A DNA stretch of 64,000 nt, from positions 14,925,590 to 14,989,589 of the forward strand of contig NC_069002.1 in NCBI RefSeq assembly GCF_001194135.2. The letters run 5' to 3'. Made by a program: the position numbers and the translations under genes. Source of the stretch: Octopus bimaculoides. Its lineage: Eukaryota. Shown in pieces: positions 50,901-63,555 of this stretch (position 1 is the stretch's first letter; every line of letters begins with the position of its first letter). The notes under the pieces were generated by a model. It did not search any database. It was not told the origin of the DNA and saw only the letters and a program-made list of their open reading frames with translations.

Positions 50901-53900
50901 AAGAAGACACATCATAAGATGTTGGTATGTTGTTATAAAAGCCAACTAAACTCACCCCATCTTTATACTTCATTCCTGTTAAGTCACTTTCATTGAGTGA
51001 TGCTTGGTAGGAACCATTCTGCAGCATTGGAGCAACAGATGCAAGTTCTTTATCTTCCAGATACCAAAATACTAAATATTTCAGTTGTTTGTCATTTGGA
51101 TGAGGTGGGAAAGAACACAAGAAATTGATCTCATCGGTTCCATTGTTTATCTGCCATTTTAGTTCAGGTGCATCTTTGAAAGTTGGATGTTCTGCAACAA
51201 TGGAATAAAAGAAGAAAGAAATAAAATAAAGATTTGGATAAATTTTAGTTTATTGAAACAAATATAAATAATAGAGAATGACCAGGAAAATGTTTTAAAA
51301 CAGTAAAAATAATAACAAGAGAAAATATACATAGGCGCAGGAGTGGCTGTGTGGTAAGTAGCTTGCTTACCAACCACATGGTTCTGGGTTCAGTCCCACT
51401 GAGTGGCACCTTGGGCAAATGTCTTCTACTATAGCCTCGGGCCGACCAAAGCCTTGTGAGTGGATTTAGCAGATGGAAACTGAAAGAAGCCTGTCGTATA
51501 TATATGTATGTTTGTGTATCTGTGTTTGTCCCCCCAACATCGCTTGACAACCGATGCTGGTGTGTTTACGTCCCCGTAACTTAGCGGTTCGGCAAAAAGA
51601 GACCGATAGAATAAGTACTAGGCTCACAAAGAATAAGTCCTGGGGTCGATTTGCTCGACTAAAGGCGGTGCCCCAGCATGGCCGTAGTCAAATGACTGAA
51701 ACAAGTAAAAGAGAGTAAAAGAGAAATTGTGTATGGATTTTCAGCATTTATATATTTATCTACACAAACATACGCATGCACACACATTAAATTTCTAATC
51801 TATATTATGTTGTTCATCAAATATTTATCATTTAATTAATAAAACTGCTAATGAATGTGATCATGTGACTGATCAGACAACCAGATGCTACACATCGTTG
51901 GTCACAATGTACTTTGCATCATTATAGCCTTTGAAAGGCACCACCCCTGTGGGTAGGCAAGAAGGCCAACATTACCCATTGATTGAAAGGGGGACTGTAG
52001 CAATGTGAAACAAAGTGTTTTGCTCAAGAACAAAATGCACCACCTGGTCTGGGAATTGAACCCACATTAGAGTGATTGTGAGTACAACACTCGAACCACT
52101 AAGCCATGTGCCTTCATGTTAATGAATGAATGTTACGTAAATTAGACTGGCTGTCTCAGTTAAGTTCTGGTGTGTTTTTGATATAAATGGTGATAGCTAT
52201 AAGTTCTCTTTGTGGACAGACAGCAAGGACTAATTGTCTTCTAATGAACATCTAACTAGTGATAATGAAGCATGCAAAGGGAATCTTCTAAATCTCAAAA
52301 CTTTTTCCTGGGCAAAGAGAATAACAAGATGTATTTACATGTATTTCATAGTGAGGTTTTAAACTATGAAGAGGTTTAACTACATTGAATTTATCTTTGA
52401 TATCTTTGCAATAAAGTAATATTCAGAGAGAGAGAGAGAGAAAGAGTAAAAGTATATACTAACCAGTCTTTATATTGGCTTCTTGAATAGTTTCAATTCT
52501 TGCATGTGTAATGGTCCAGCTACCAATGATAATGTGAGCAAAGAATTTCTTTTTAATGGATGTTCCTATAAGAAGATTTCCTCCTGGAGTACCTTTTACT
52601 TCACGCTTGATGAATATGGATTGCTTAGCAACAATCTTTTTATTGATCATCAATACCAAACCATTATGTTGGCTCCAACTGAAGGTTATTGTTATAAATA
52701 CTCCAACACGGAATTTGTTTGTCTTTACAACCCATTGTCTTTCTGCTGTGCTTACTGTGAGGAACAAGAATCCTTTCGACACCCACATTGCTGTTCCTGA
52801 AGTATTCAGTCCTCTACCGCCATTACTGAAAATTGTCATGTCCTCTTTCAAAGTGATTATCTTCATATTGAAGTTCACCGTAAATCCACCATTACACTCG
52901 TTTTCTTGGCCACGGAAGCATTTCAATGTTTTGCCCATATCAATGGACTGGTTAGTCCCACCGAGCAACAGAGCATCCCCACCAAAAGGACCTTGTACAA
53001 TTTTGACGATTCCAGTAAAAGTTAGGTTGTAAGTTGGTGTTACAATGATCATTTGGATTATTTTCAGGTAGGTGAGTCGAATAACTGTGATTTTATTAAC
53101 TGTGAAGGAAAGAATTAGATAAGTAGTGTTTAATTTGTTTAAAAAAAAAAAAAGAAAAAATTAAACTGTTTCTTTAAATTTGCATATTAAAGATTAAAAC
53201 AAATGTGTCTTTCTTTTTTGTCAGTTTTTCTTGCAAGAGAAAATATACAAGTTGTGTATGGATTTTCAGCATTTATATATTTATCTACACAAACACATGC
53301 ACACACATTAAATTTCTAATCTATATTATGTTGTTCATCAAATATTTATCATTTAATTAATAAAACTCCTAATGAATGTGATCATGTGACTGACCAGACA
53401 ACCAGATGCTACACATCGTTGGTCACGATGTACTTTGCATCATTATAGCCTTTGAAAGGCACCACCCCTGTGGGTAGGCAAGAAGGCCAACATTACCCAT
53501 TGATTGAAAGGGGGACTGTAGCAATGTGAAACAAAGTGTTTTGCTCAAGAACAAAATGCACCACCTGGTCTGGGAATTGAACCCACATTAGAGTGATCGT
53601 GAGTACAACACTCGAACCACTAAGCCATTTGCCTTCATGTTAATGAATGAATGTTATGTAAATTAGACTGGCTGCCTCAGTTAAGTTCAGAGAAAATCTT
53701 ACAACTTAGAAGATAACCTTTTAAACCCTAATATCTGGTGAAAATTAATGGAGGAAACTATTTCTCAGGGCTTGAATATATCAAGAATTAATTATATTGA
53801 GAATTGTCACCATCATCATCATCATGTAATGTCTACCTTCCATGCTGGAAGAGGTTGGATGGTTTGACAAGAGCTGGCATGACAAAGGACTGCACCAAAC

Positions 53901-56900
53901 TCTTTATTGTCTGTTTCGGCATGGTTTCTATTGCTGGATGCCTTTCCTAATGCCACTCAGTTTACAGAGTGTAGTGGGTGCTTTTTGTGAGGCACCAGCA
54001 CTAGCGAGGTCACCAAGTAACTTGCAAGACAAGACCCTTCAGATGAGAGGGAAGCAGCTTGTGATAATGTAATAATAGGGGCACAGAAGTAGGTGTCTCA
54101 CAGGAGAGGAATTACATGGCTACTTCAGTTGGAAAAAACAGACGAGAGAGAAGGGTCGGGGAAATGGTGAAAATAGTGTAAGTTAGCTTAATTTTTCTGA
54201 AGCAATAAAAAAGTTGAGAAGATTACCAATGCTTTTGAAGAGTGAAAGTATGAGTTAAACGTTATGTTTAATTTGAAAAACGAAAAGAATTTACCACTAT
54301 TTTTTTAAAATTTATATTTTAACGATTATAACTGTTTTTACTGTTTTTTGTTTCTATAGTACTTTAAAATTCAAATAATCACAACAAATTTTAAAGAAAT
54401 TTCTATAATCCATGAGATATTCAACTGTTTAAGACCCAATATGGAAGTGCCTCAATAAAAGCAAAAAGTATACATCTTTGGTTCCAACTGGTCAAGAGAA
54501 CAAACTTGAAAGCTCAATTGCTTTATCAAGCTTATCTGTGATAAGCCAGCTTAATCTCCATCATATAAAAGTCCTGAAAGGATTGGGATTTAACAATGGA
54601 TGATAATGAAAATTCTCATAAAGAATTTAATGATAATTTCTTAGAGCAAGTTGATCAGCTAGATATAGTATCTATTTGCAACTAGATGAACTGGGCCAGT
54701 GAAGGGCCTGCAGGCACAAAGACATTCTGTCGAACTGTTGGCCAGTCAGCTAAGAGCCTATTGGTAGGGTCAGGTGCAATTTGAAAAACATAGGTGCAGG
54801 TGTGGCTTACCGACCACATGGTTCAGGGGTCAGTCCTATTGCATGGCACCTTGGGCAAGTGTTTTCTACTATATATAGCCTCAGACTGACCAAAACCTTA
54901 AGTGGATTTAGTAGATGGAAACTGGCAGAAGCCCGTCATATATGTGTGTGTGTCTTTGTCCCTCACCACTGCTTGACAACTGTTGTTGGTGTGTTTGCTT
55001 CCCCTTAACTTAGCAGTTCAGCAAAAGATACTGATAAAATAAGTACTCGGGTTGATTGATTCAAATAAAAAAAATACAAGGTAGTGCCCCAGCATGGCCG
55101 TAGTCTAATGACTAAAACAAATAAAAGACAAAAGATTCCTGCAAGTATATACATCATTTCCTAATGAAAATTCTATGTGACCTCAACCAGTAGTTTCTTA
55201 TAGGAAATTATATATAGAATACTTAACTTCAGTGATTAAATACAATAATTAATTACATTGACTAAAGACAGAAATTTAGCTATTTAGTAAGATGAAAATT
55301 TACATTATTGTTATATTTCAGGATGGTCATTTTATTTATTTAGTTTTTTTTTTGTTTTTTTTTTGCCAAATAAACACATGCACTATATATTCATCCTTCA
55401 CTTGTTTATTATTGTTTTTATTTTATTTATGTCCTTTGTCTGGAAATCTTTTGTCACACATCTGTGAATTCTTCAGCGACTCTTTCCATCCGTGGTCTAA
55501 GCAGAGCAGGATGATACACATGGACAGAAAGGGTTGCTGAAGAGGTCACAGATGAGTGACAAAAGATTTCTGGACAATGGACATAAGATAAAATAAGACC
55601 AGTTAATAACTGAGTGAAGAATGACTATACAGTGTGTTTATTTGGCAAAAATAAGTAAATAAATGACCATCCCAAAATAGAACAATATTTGTTTCAACGC
55701 ACAGTTTCACATCAGGGATCTTGCAACATAAATTCATAATGATTTACATTGTTTCTTATTCAATAAAATAAAATAGTTTAAACATTTATTACCATCAATG
55801 AGTTGCCATGAATTTTTGGAGACTAAAACGTTACAAGTCAATGTAGCATTCTTTGGATTTATAGCCAAGTTTTCATAACATTCATTGTTAATTTTGCAGA
55901 TGTCAGTCTGAAAGAAAGAATGAGTACATTTAGCTATAAATAAAATATTTTCCATTTCGTAGAAGTTAATTATCCTTTCACATAAAGGGGACATAACTTG
56001 ATGTGCTTTAGTTTTCCAGTCATACCACACTGCCTCATCATCATTGGTGCTACACGGATGGGTCTGGTTCTAATTTAACATCTATATTTCTCAAGTATAA
56101 CTCTTTTTCTCTCTCTGTCTCAGGTTATCTGTCCGTCTCTCCCTCTGTCTGTCTATCCTTCTGTCTGTCTGTCTGCCTCTCTCACACATACGGTACAAAT
56201 GATTCATCACCAGATGGTGTAGTATCATGATGGAGTACAAGAGATTCCACTAAAACATCAAATATGTTTTATACTAATAATAGATTTAGAATAATAATTT
56301 AAAAAATATTGAAAATATATAAGGAAAGTTCAATAGGCGTAGGAGTGGCTGTGTGGTAAGTAGCTTGCTTACCAACTACATGGTTCCGGGTTCAGTCCCA
56401 CTGCGTGGCACTTTGGGCAAGTGTCTTCTACTATAGCCTCGGGCTGACCAAAGCCATGTGAGTGGATTTGGTAGGCGGAAACTGAAAGAAGCCTGTCGTA
56501 TATATGTATATATATGTGTTTGTGTGTCTGTGTTTGTCCCCCCAACATCACTTGACAACTGATGCTGGTGTGTTTACGTCTCCGTAACTTAGCGGTTCGG
56601 CAAAAGAGACCGATAGAATAAGTCCTGGGGTCGATTTCCTCGACTAAAGGCGTTGCTCCAGCATGGCCACAGTCAAATGACTGAAACAAGTAAAAGAGAA
56701 AGAGTATTCTCATTTCTTCGAGGAAAAGAGAAATGTTGACATTCTTTAGAGGATGTGACTAACAAATCTATATGTGTGTGTATACACACACACACACATT
56801 GTATGATGAACTTCTTCACAGTTTCTGTCTACTAAATTCCACTGACAGAGCTGGTCAAGCTGAAATTATGACAGAAGACACTCACCCAGAGTGCCATGAA

Positions 56901-58030
56901 ATGGGACTAAACCCAGAAGAAAGTATTTCTTTGATGTTTTCATTCTTCATCTGTTTTAGTCATGGAACAACAGCCATGTCAGGAGAAGCGTTTTTGAACA
57001 TTTTTACCCAATTGTGTCGTCACCAGGACTTATTCTTTTATGGCCCTCAATAAGTTGTAAAAACAAACGTTTAAATATGAATTGTCAATGTACACTTACC
57101 CTTGGGGAACATTTCGTTTCAGTACATTTTTCACAAAGTGAATTAAATGTGACAACCACAAAGCTGTTGGACCAGGTGGAGTTGTCGTTGCTTACAGAAA
57201 CTTCAAAGACTTTAGCTGATGGTATTTGACATTCAATTTGTTCTTCAGATGAATAAACAGCTTTCATGAAAATATAGTTTCCTGTAGATACAAATTTGTC
57301 AGCACCCTTCTGTTGAAGAAAAAGTAAAAAAAGAGATAAATTAATAAAGTGACTCGTTAAGTTAATTAAATAAATACATAAGCAACTTTAATAACTAAAA
57401 TGAAATAACAAAATATAGAATTATCTAAATAATATAATCCTTTCTACTAAAGACACAAAGCCTGAAATTTTGGGGGAGGGGACTAGCTGATTACATCAAC
57501 CCCAGTGTTTCACTGGTACTTAATTCATAGACATCAAAAATTTGAAAAATAAAGTCGACCTCACCAGAATTTGAACTCAGAATGTAGTGATGGGCAAAAT
57601 ACCACTAAGCATTTCGTCTAACATGCTTATGATTCTATCAGCACACCGCTTTAATAATAGTAGCAACAACAATAATAATAATAATAATAATCCTTTCTAC
57701 AAAAAGGCACAAGGCCTGAAATTTGGTAGGACGGGGACTAGTCAGTTACATTAATCCAGAGAAAAATCTGCATCCATAAATTCCTTATGTTCCATGCAAA
57801 CATGGAAAAGTGGACATTAAAATGATGAACATGTAGCTAATCCTCAAACATATTAAATTTATTTGCACATGGTGCAGGCATGGCTGTGTGGTAAGAAGTT
57901 TGGTTCCCAACCACATGATTCCAGGTTCAGTCCTACTGTGTGACACCTTGGGCAATTGTCTTCTACTATAATCTTGGGCTGACCAAAGCTGTGTGAGTAG
58001 ATTTGGTAGACAAACTGAAAGAAGCCTGTC

Positions 58031-58069
<39 letters not shown>

Positions 58070-58447
58070 AATTTAGTAAATGGAGTAAAATGCATATTTT
58101 AAATGAATTCTTTTATTTCCAACATATTCGGTTAAAATGTCTTACGGTTAAGCTGGTTCCTATGTATTTCCCTGAGGAGAAGATTACATCCTTATCAACA
58201 TCACCTATTCCTATGGAAGGTATAATTTGTAATCTTCGAAACATATGTTGGAAATAAAAGAATTCATTTAACATATGCGTTTTACTCCATTTACTAAATC
58301 TATATATTTACTCAAATAACAAGGAGTTTCTACCTCATAAACAGGAGTTACACCACAGTCATTTTGTGATCTTTGCTACCCTGGTATCTATTATCCAATT
58401 TATTTTGTCCAAGTTAATTATTAACTAGGAGAAAATAAATGCATATA

Positions 58448-58496
<49 letters not shown>

Positions 58497-61400
58497 TATG
58501 TATGTCTTTGTGTCTATGTTTGCTCTCCCACCACCACTTGATGACTGGTGTTGGTGTGTTTGTATCTTCATGACTTAGCAGTTCAGCAAAAGCGAGCAAT
58601 AAAATAAGTACTACGATTTAAAAAAATAAGCCCTGGGGTCGATTTGTTTGACTGAAACTCTTCAATGCAGTACTCCAGCATGGCCGCAGTCAAATAACTA
58701 AAACAAGTAACAAATATTCAGAAGCAGAACCTTGTAACTGATCTGATAAACCTGGGTACTTTAATCTGAGATGAAATAGTGATCCTAATCTCAGTTGCCT
58801 TATCCAGATTCAATCATGGATTGGATTTCACTTCTGTAAGGTTACAAAACGAACATTAATTATAGAGTGCTCAAACTGTATAGAGCAGGTGATGAAGCAG
58901 TAGTTTTTAAATTGTACTTCTATTTGAAGGTGTATGACCTAGGGGGTTAAACTGTTGCACTCATGATTGCTAGATCATGGCTTCAATTCCAAGATCAGGC
59001 AGCACATTGAGTTCCTGAGCAAAACACTCCATTTTATACTACTCTAGTTCTCCTTTTAATCAAAGGGGAGGGTTGGCCAGCTTTCCTAGCTAGCGGGGTC
59101 ATTTGATGGTTAAAACAATGCAAAATGCATTGTGAACAGCGATATGTAACAATATCAGATAGTCATGTCAGTCACATGGCCACTTTTATATGTCCAGGTG
59201 GACTTAGTCATTCAAGAGTTGAGTGACTTAAGTTCTTAGTCATAGACATGGTGTTATGTCCATGGCCAAATGTGAATGAACGACCCTCTACTTGTTGCCC
59301 AGCCTCTCTGTAATTCCAGCTGGTCATAGTTCTCCAATAAATATATATAAATCAGATGGCAAAGAATAACATATAATAAGAAAATAACATAAAAATAAAA
59401 AAGTAAAATTGCTTAAAAATATAATTAAAAAAATGCAATTAGTTAAAAAAATAATTTCAAAAATATTACATAAAAATGACACAAGAAACACTGATAACAA
59501 CATAAAAAAAAACATAAAAAAACTTAATGAATATTTACAGTCATCTCTTGTAGTCGGCACATCAAGGTTTCAGAGTCAGTGAATCCTGTACCAGTAATTA
59601 TTACGGTTTGAATCTTTGTCAGTCGGATATCAATGAGGACAGTGTTCTGAATAAGTTTTGGTGGTTCAGTCTTCTTCAATGAACAATCAGCCCCATCAAA
59701 CTCTTCTGAACATTGACAGATACCTGGAAAGAAGAAAGAAACAGCTTGAACTTAACATTCATGACATTTTTTAAACTTTCTATGACATAGCTACTTGGGA
59801 AATAACTAAATTGACAACCACTTGAGAAATGGCTAAAATGACAGTTGGAATTTACAGAAAGACAAAAGATGAAGACAGGTGTATATAAACAGCAAACAGG
59901 TGGGTTAGTTTAATGCTTGGGAAGGTGAGAAAGTCTTTTACATTTCGAGCCTACACTCTTCAACAGAAAGCTAAATTGACAGCTACCTGAGAAATAACTA
60001 AATTGACAGCTACTTGAGAAATAGTCAAATTGACAGTCACTTGAGAAATAGCTAAATTGACAGTTGGAATTTACAGAAACACATAAGATGAAGACAGGTG
60101 TATATACACAGCAACCAGGTGTGTTAGTTTAAGGCTCGGGAAGGTGAGAAAGTCTTATATTTTGAGCATACACTCTTCAACAGAAAGCTAAATTGACAGC
60201 TACTTGAGAAATAACTAAATTGACAGCTACTTGTAAAATAGCCAAATTGACAGTCACTTGAAAAATAACTAAATTGACATGGCTACTTAAGAAATCATGT
60301 GCTGATAACTTAGTTATAGTTGAATTTGTTGTAGGGTTGGAGAAGAAATTCAAAGTGTGGAAACAAACACTGGAACCAATGAAGGTTAAAGTTAACTTAG
60401 TAAAGATTAATCCTTTTGAAACAACCTGAGACTGCCTCTGGTTCTATGATACAAACTTCCTCTTTTAAAGTGATTTAAATTTAGATATTTTATCAAAATT
60501 TCCTGTTATGTTCCAAATATCAACTTATTTCCCATTATTTTCAAGATTAATTAAAACAAAGGCAGTGTGTTTTCAACAGAAATCATCATCATTAGGCGGT
60601 GAGCGGGCAGAAACGTTAGCACACTGGGCGAAATGCTAAGCAGTATTTCATCTGCCGTTATGTTCTGAGTTCAAATTCCGCCAAGGCCGACTTTGCCTTT
60701 CATCCTTTCGGGGTCGATAAATTAAGTACCAGTTACGCACTGGGGTCAATGTAATCGACTTAATCCGTTTGTCTGTCCTTGTTTGTCCCCTCTATGTTTA
60801 GCCCCTTGTGGGCAATAAAGAAATAAGAAATCATCATCATCTTTTAACATCCATTTTCCATGCTGGCATGGACTGGATAGTTTAAGAGGAACTGCCAAAG
60901 CCAGGGATTGTACCAGGTTCCATTGTCTGTTTTGGCTTGGTTTCTTCATGTTCCTAACATGAACAACTTCACAAAGTGCACTGGGTGCTTTTTACATAAC
61001 ACCAGCACCAGTGCTTTTTATGTGGCACCAGCACCAAGCATTTTACATGGAACCTTAGCTTTAGGGTATCAGGCAGCTTGGTTTTAGGCTATCAATACAA
61101 AAAAGGGTTAAAATAGTAATAAGAAGGTAAACAGACGGGAGTCTGCTACCTTCAGAGAAGCTGTCTTGCTTGATAAAAATCAACCTAAGGCTGTTGTTGT
61201 TTAGTCCCAATTTGTCCTGGATACAAAAAAAACTGATTTACATGACTTATTAGAATGTACAGCAAAATGTGCATCGTAGTATTTGTTACAGTTCTTTACA
61301 TTTTAAGTTCAAATCCTACTGAGGATAACTTTGCTTTTTATTGGATCATGGGGTTTGATAAAGACAAAGAAGCAATCGAGAAGTTATTCTTGAACCAGTG

Positions 61401-62635
61401 GAATGACAGAATTGGTAGAGCATGAGACAAAATGGTTTATGGAATATGGTTTATTCTGGGGTTTTATATTGTGAGTTCTAAATCCTTGGCTGATAGACTT
61501 TACCTATCAACCTGTCTAACATCACAACACCTGGTAAACTGGTTGAGAGGAGTGCATAGTTGTAATTATTCAGGGCATGGTTTGTGAGTAATGTCTTCCT
61601 ATCAGTGCCAGGCAACTTCAAAAGTAAAGTATTATAAATGCTGCCTTTCCTCCCTGAGACAAAACAGTGAGAGAAAGATACAAAATTTGAGAGAGAGAGT
61701 GAGGTGTGGTGGTAGTGGTGGTAATCTCTCCAAGACTGTTTTGCTTCTTGTTTTGATTCTTCAGATAAAGTTAATCATGGATGTATTTATCCAATGATTT
61801 CTTCTTTTTTTTTTAAAGATGGTACAGTGTGATTTGAGGAAGACTTGGTTGCTATTTCTTGCAAGTCAAGTATCCACTCAGACGTTTATCTCTTATTGAC
61901 TTGCATGGTACAAATATCTAGACTCCTGATGAAGATGATGATCAGAGGTTCAATTCTTTATTGAATTATAATGTGATGTGTAAGTTGAGTGATTATATTG
62001 TGCCCTTCAGCAAGACACTTAACCTTTTCATTACCTCAGTTGACTCAGCTGAAAATGGGAATTAGTGACAGCTGTGAGGTGGGGGTTTAACTCTATGACA
62101 GATTGGTGTCCCATTCAGAGTGGGAGAGTCATGTGACAATTAGTTATTTAAGTATCACGGAAATTGAGGTAAACTCTTAAGCTAACAGGTCTGTCAGCTT
62201 GAGACAGAATTATCACAATACAAATATAATGGAACAGATTTAATAAATATGAATAACCAACCCTCTAAACATTTTCCTTGTTTGTTGCAGTCATTGAGAC
62301 AGAGTCCTTTGGTGAAATTTGCTGGCAGTTTCACGTCTCCTTCTTCTGTCTTCTCCCAGAGATCAACTTCTGTTTTGATGGTTATCATCGTTGCTTCCTT
62401 CAGAGTCAAAAGCGCTGTTGTTCTCCAAACTAAATCACCCGTTAGCTACAAGAAGAAAAGAAACTTGATAATAAGGATAATAATAGTAATAATTCTTTTT
62501 TTTACTACTAAAGGCACAAGGCCTGAAATTTGGTGGAAGTGGGGGTCTAGGTGATTACACTGACCCCAGTATTTCACTGGTAGTTAATTTATTGACCCTG
62601 AAAGGATGAAAGGTTAAGTTGACCTCATCACAATT

Positions 62636-62682
<47 letters not shown>

Positions 62683-62683
62683 G

Positions 62684-62727
<44 letters not shown>

Positions 62728-62728
62728 G

Positions 62729-62766
<38 letters not shown>

Positions 62767-63519
62767 TTGACCCAGGAATTGTCAAGAAGGAAGGCAAAAC
62801 AAACATGTAGATTCCTATTAAATATGAGATGGCTCAACTGTGGAAATTGAAGAAAGTGAGGACTCAATACCTAGAACCTAGATCACAAGTACTTCAACAA
62901 AGCTGCTTGAAACCAGTGTGGAGATTTATACTAACCATAGAACCTATGTAGAGCAAAATAGATACTAGCATTGAAAGCTGTGGAATGTATATTAAGTAGT
63001 CCTGGTTTTACTGTGCATAGCAAACAATTGAGATTGTCAAGGATGGAAATCATTTAATCAGAGGCTTAACTCAATTAGAGGCATTAATCAACAAAAAAGA
63101 CATCATCATACAATAAGCTAATTGCTAAAAAAATTAAGTAACACACTCACGCACAAAAGATGATGCGGAAAGCTACTTACATGTAAATCTGTTGTACAAG
63201 ATTCTATGTAATTCTCTATAGAGATAGATGGTAATTTCTGAATGACTTTAGCAACCTCAGTGATCATAATAAATTCTTGACAGTAGGTCTTGGCTTGTTC
63301 TAAGGTGATGTTGCTGGAAATATCCTGACACGAAAAAAAAAAAAAAAAGAAAAACCATGAGGAGAGATTGTAAATGCATAGACTTAATTTAGTTTTTGGA
63401 AGAAAAAATATTTTTTTAGAAATAGGATAATTTCAAAAAATAATGGACAAAAAATATAATTATTAAGTTACACTTGTGTATCAGTTTGGGGCAAAACCAG
63501 TTAGAGTTGTTGTAGTTAT

Positions 63520-63555
<36 letters not shown>

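Noticed and set aside
52483-53032. Plus-strand ORFs of 105 and 158 aa
   Set aside because: Antisense shadows of the LamG exon
59790-60295. CRISPR-like repeat-spacer appearance
   Set aside because: Eukaryotic context, non-unique spacers, and no cas genes
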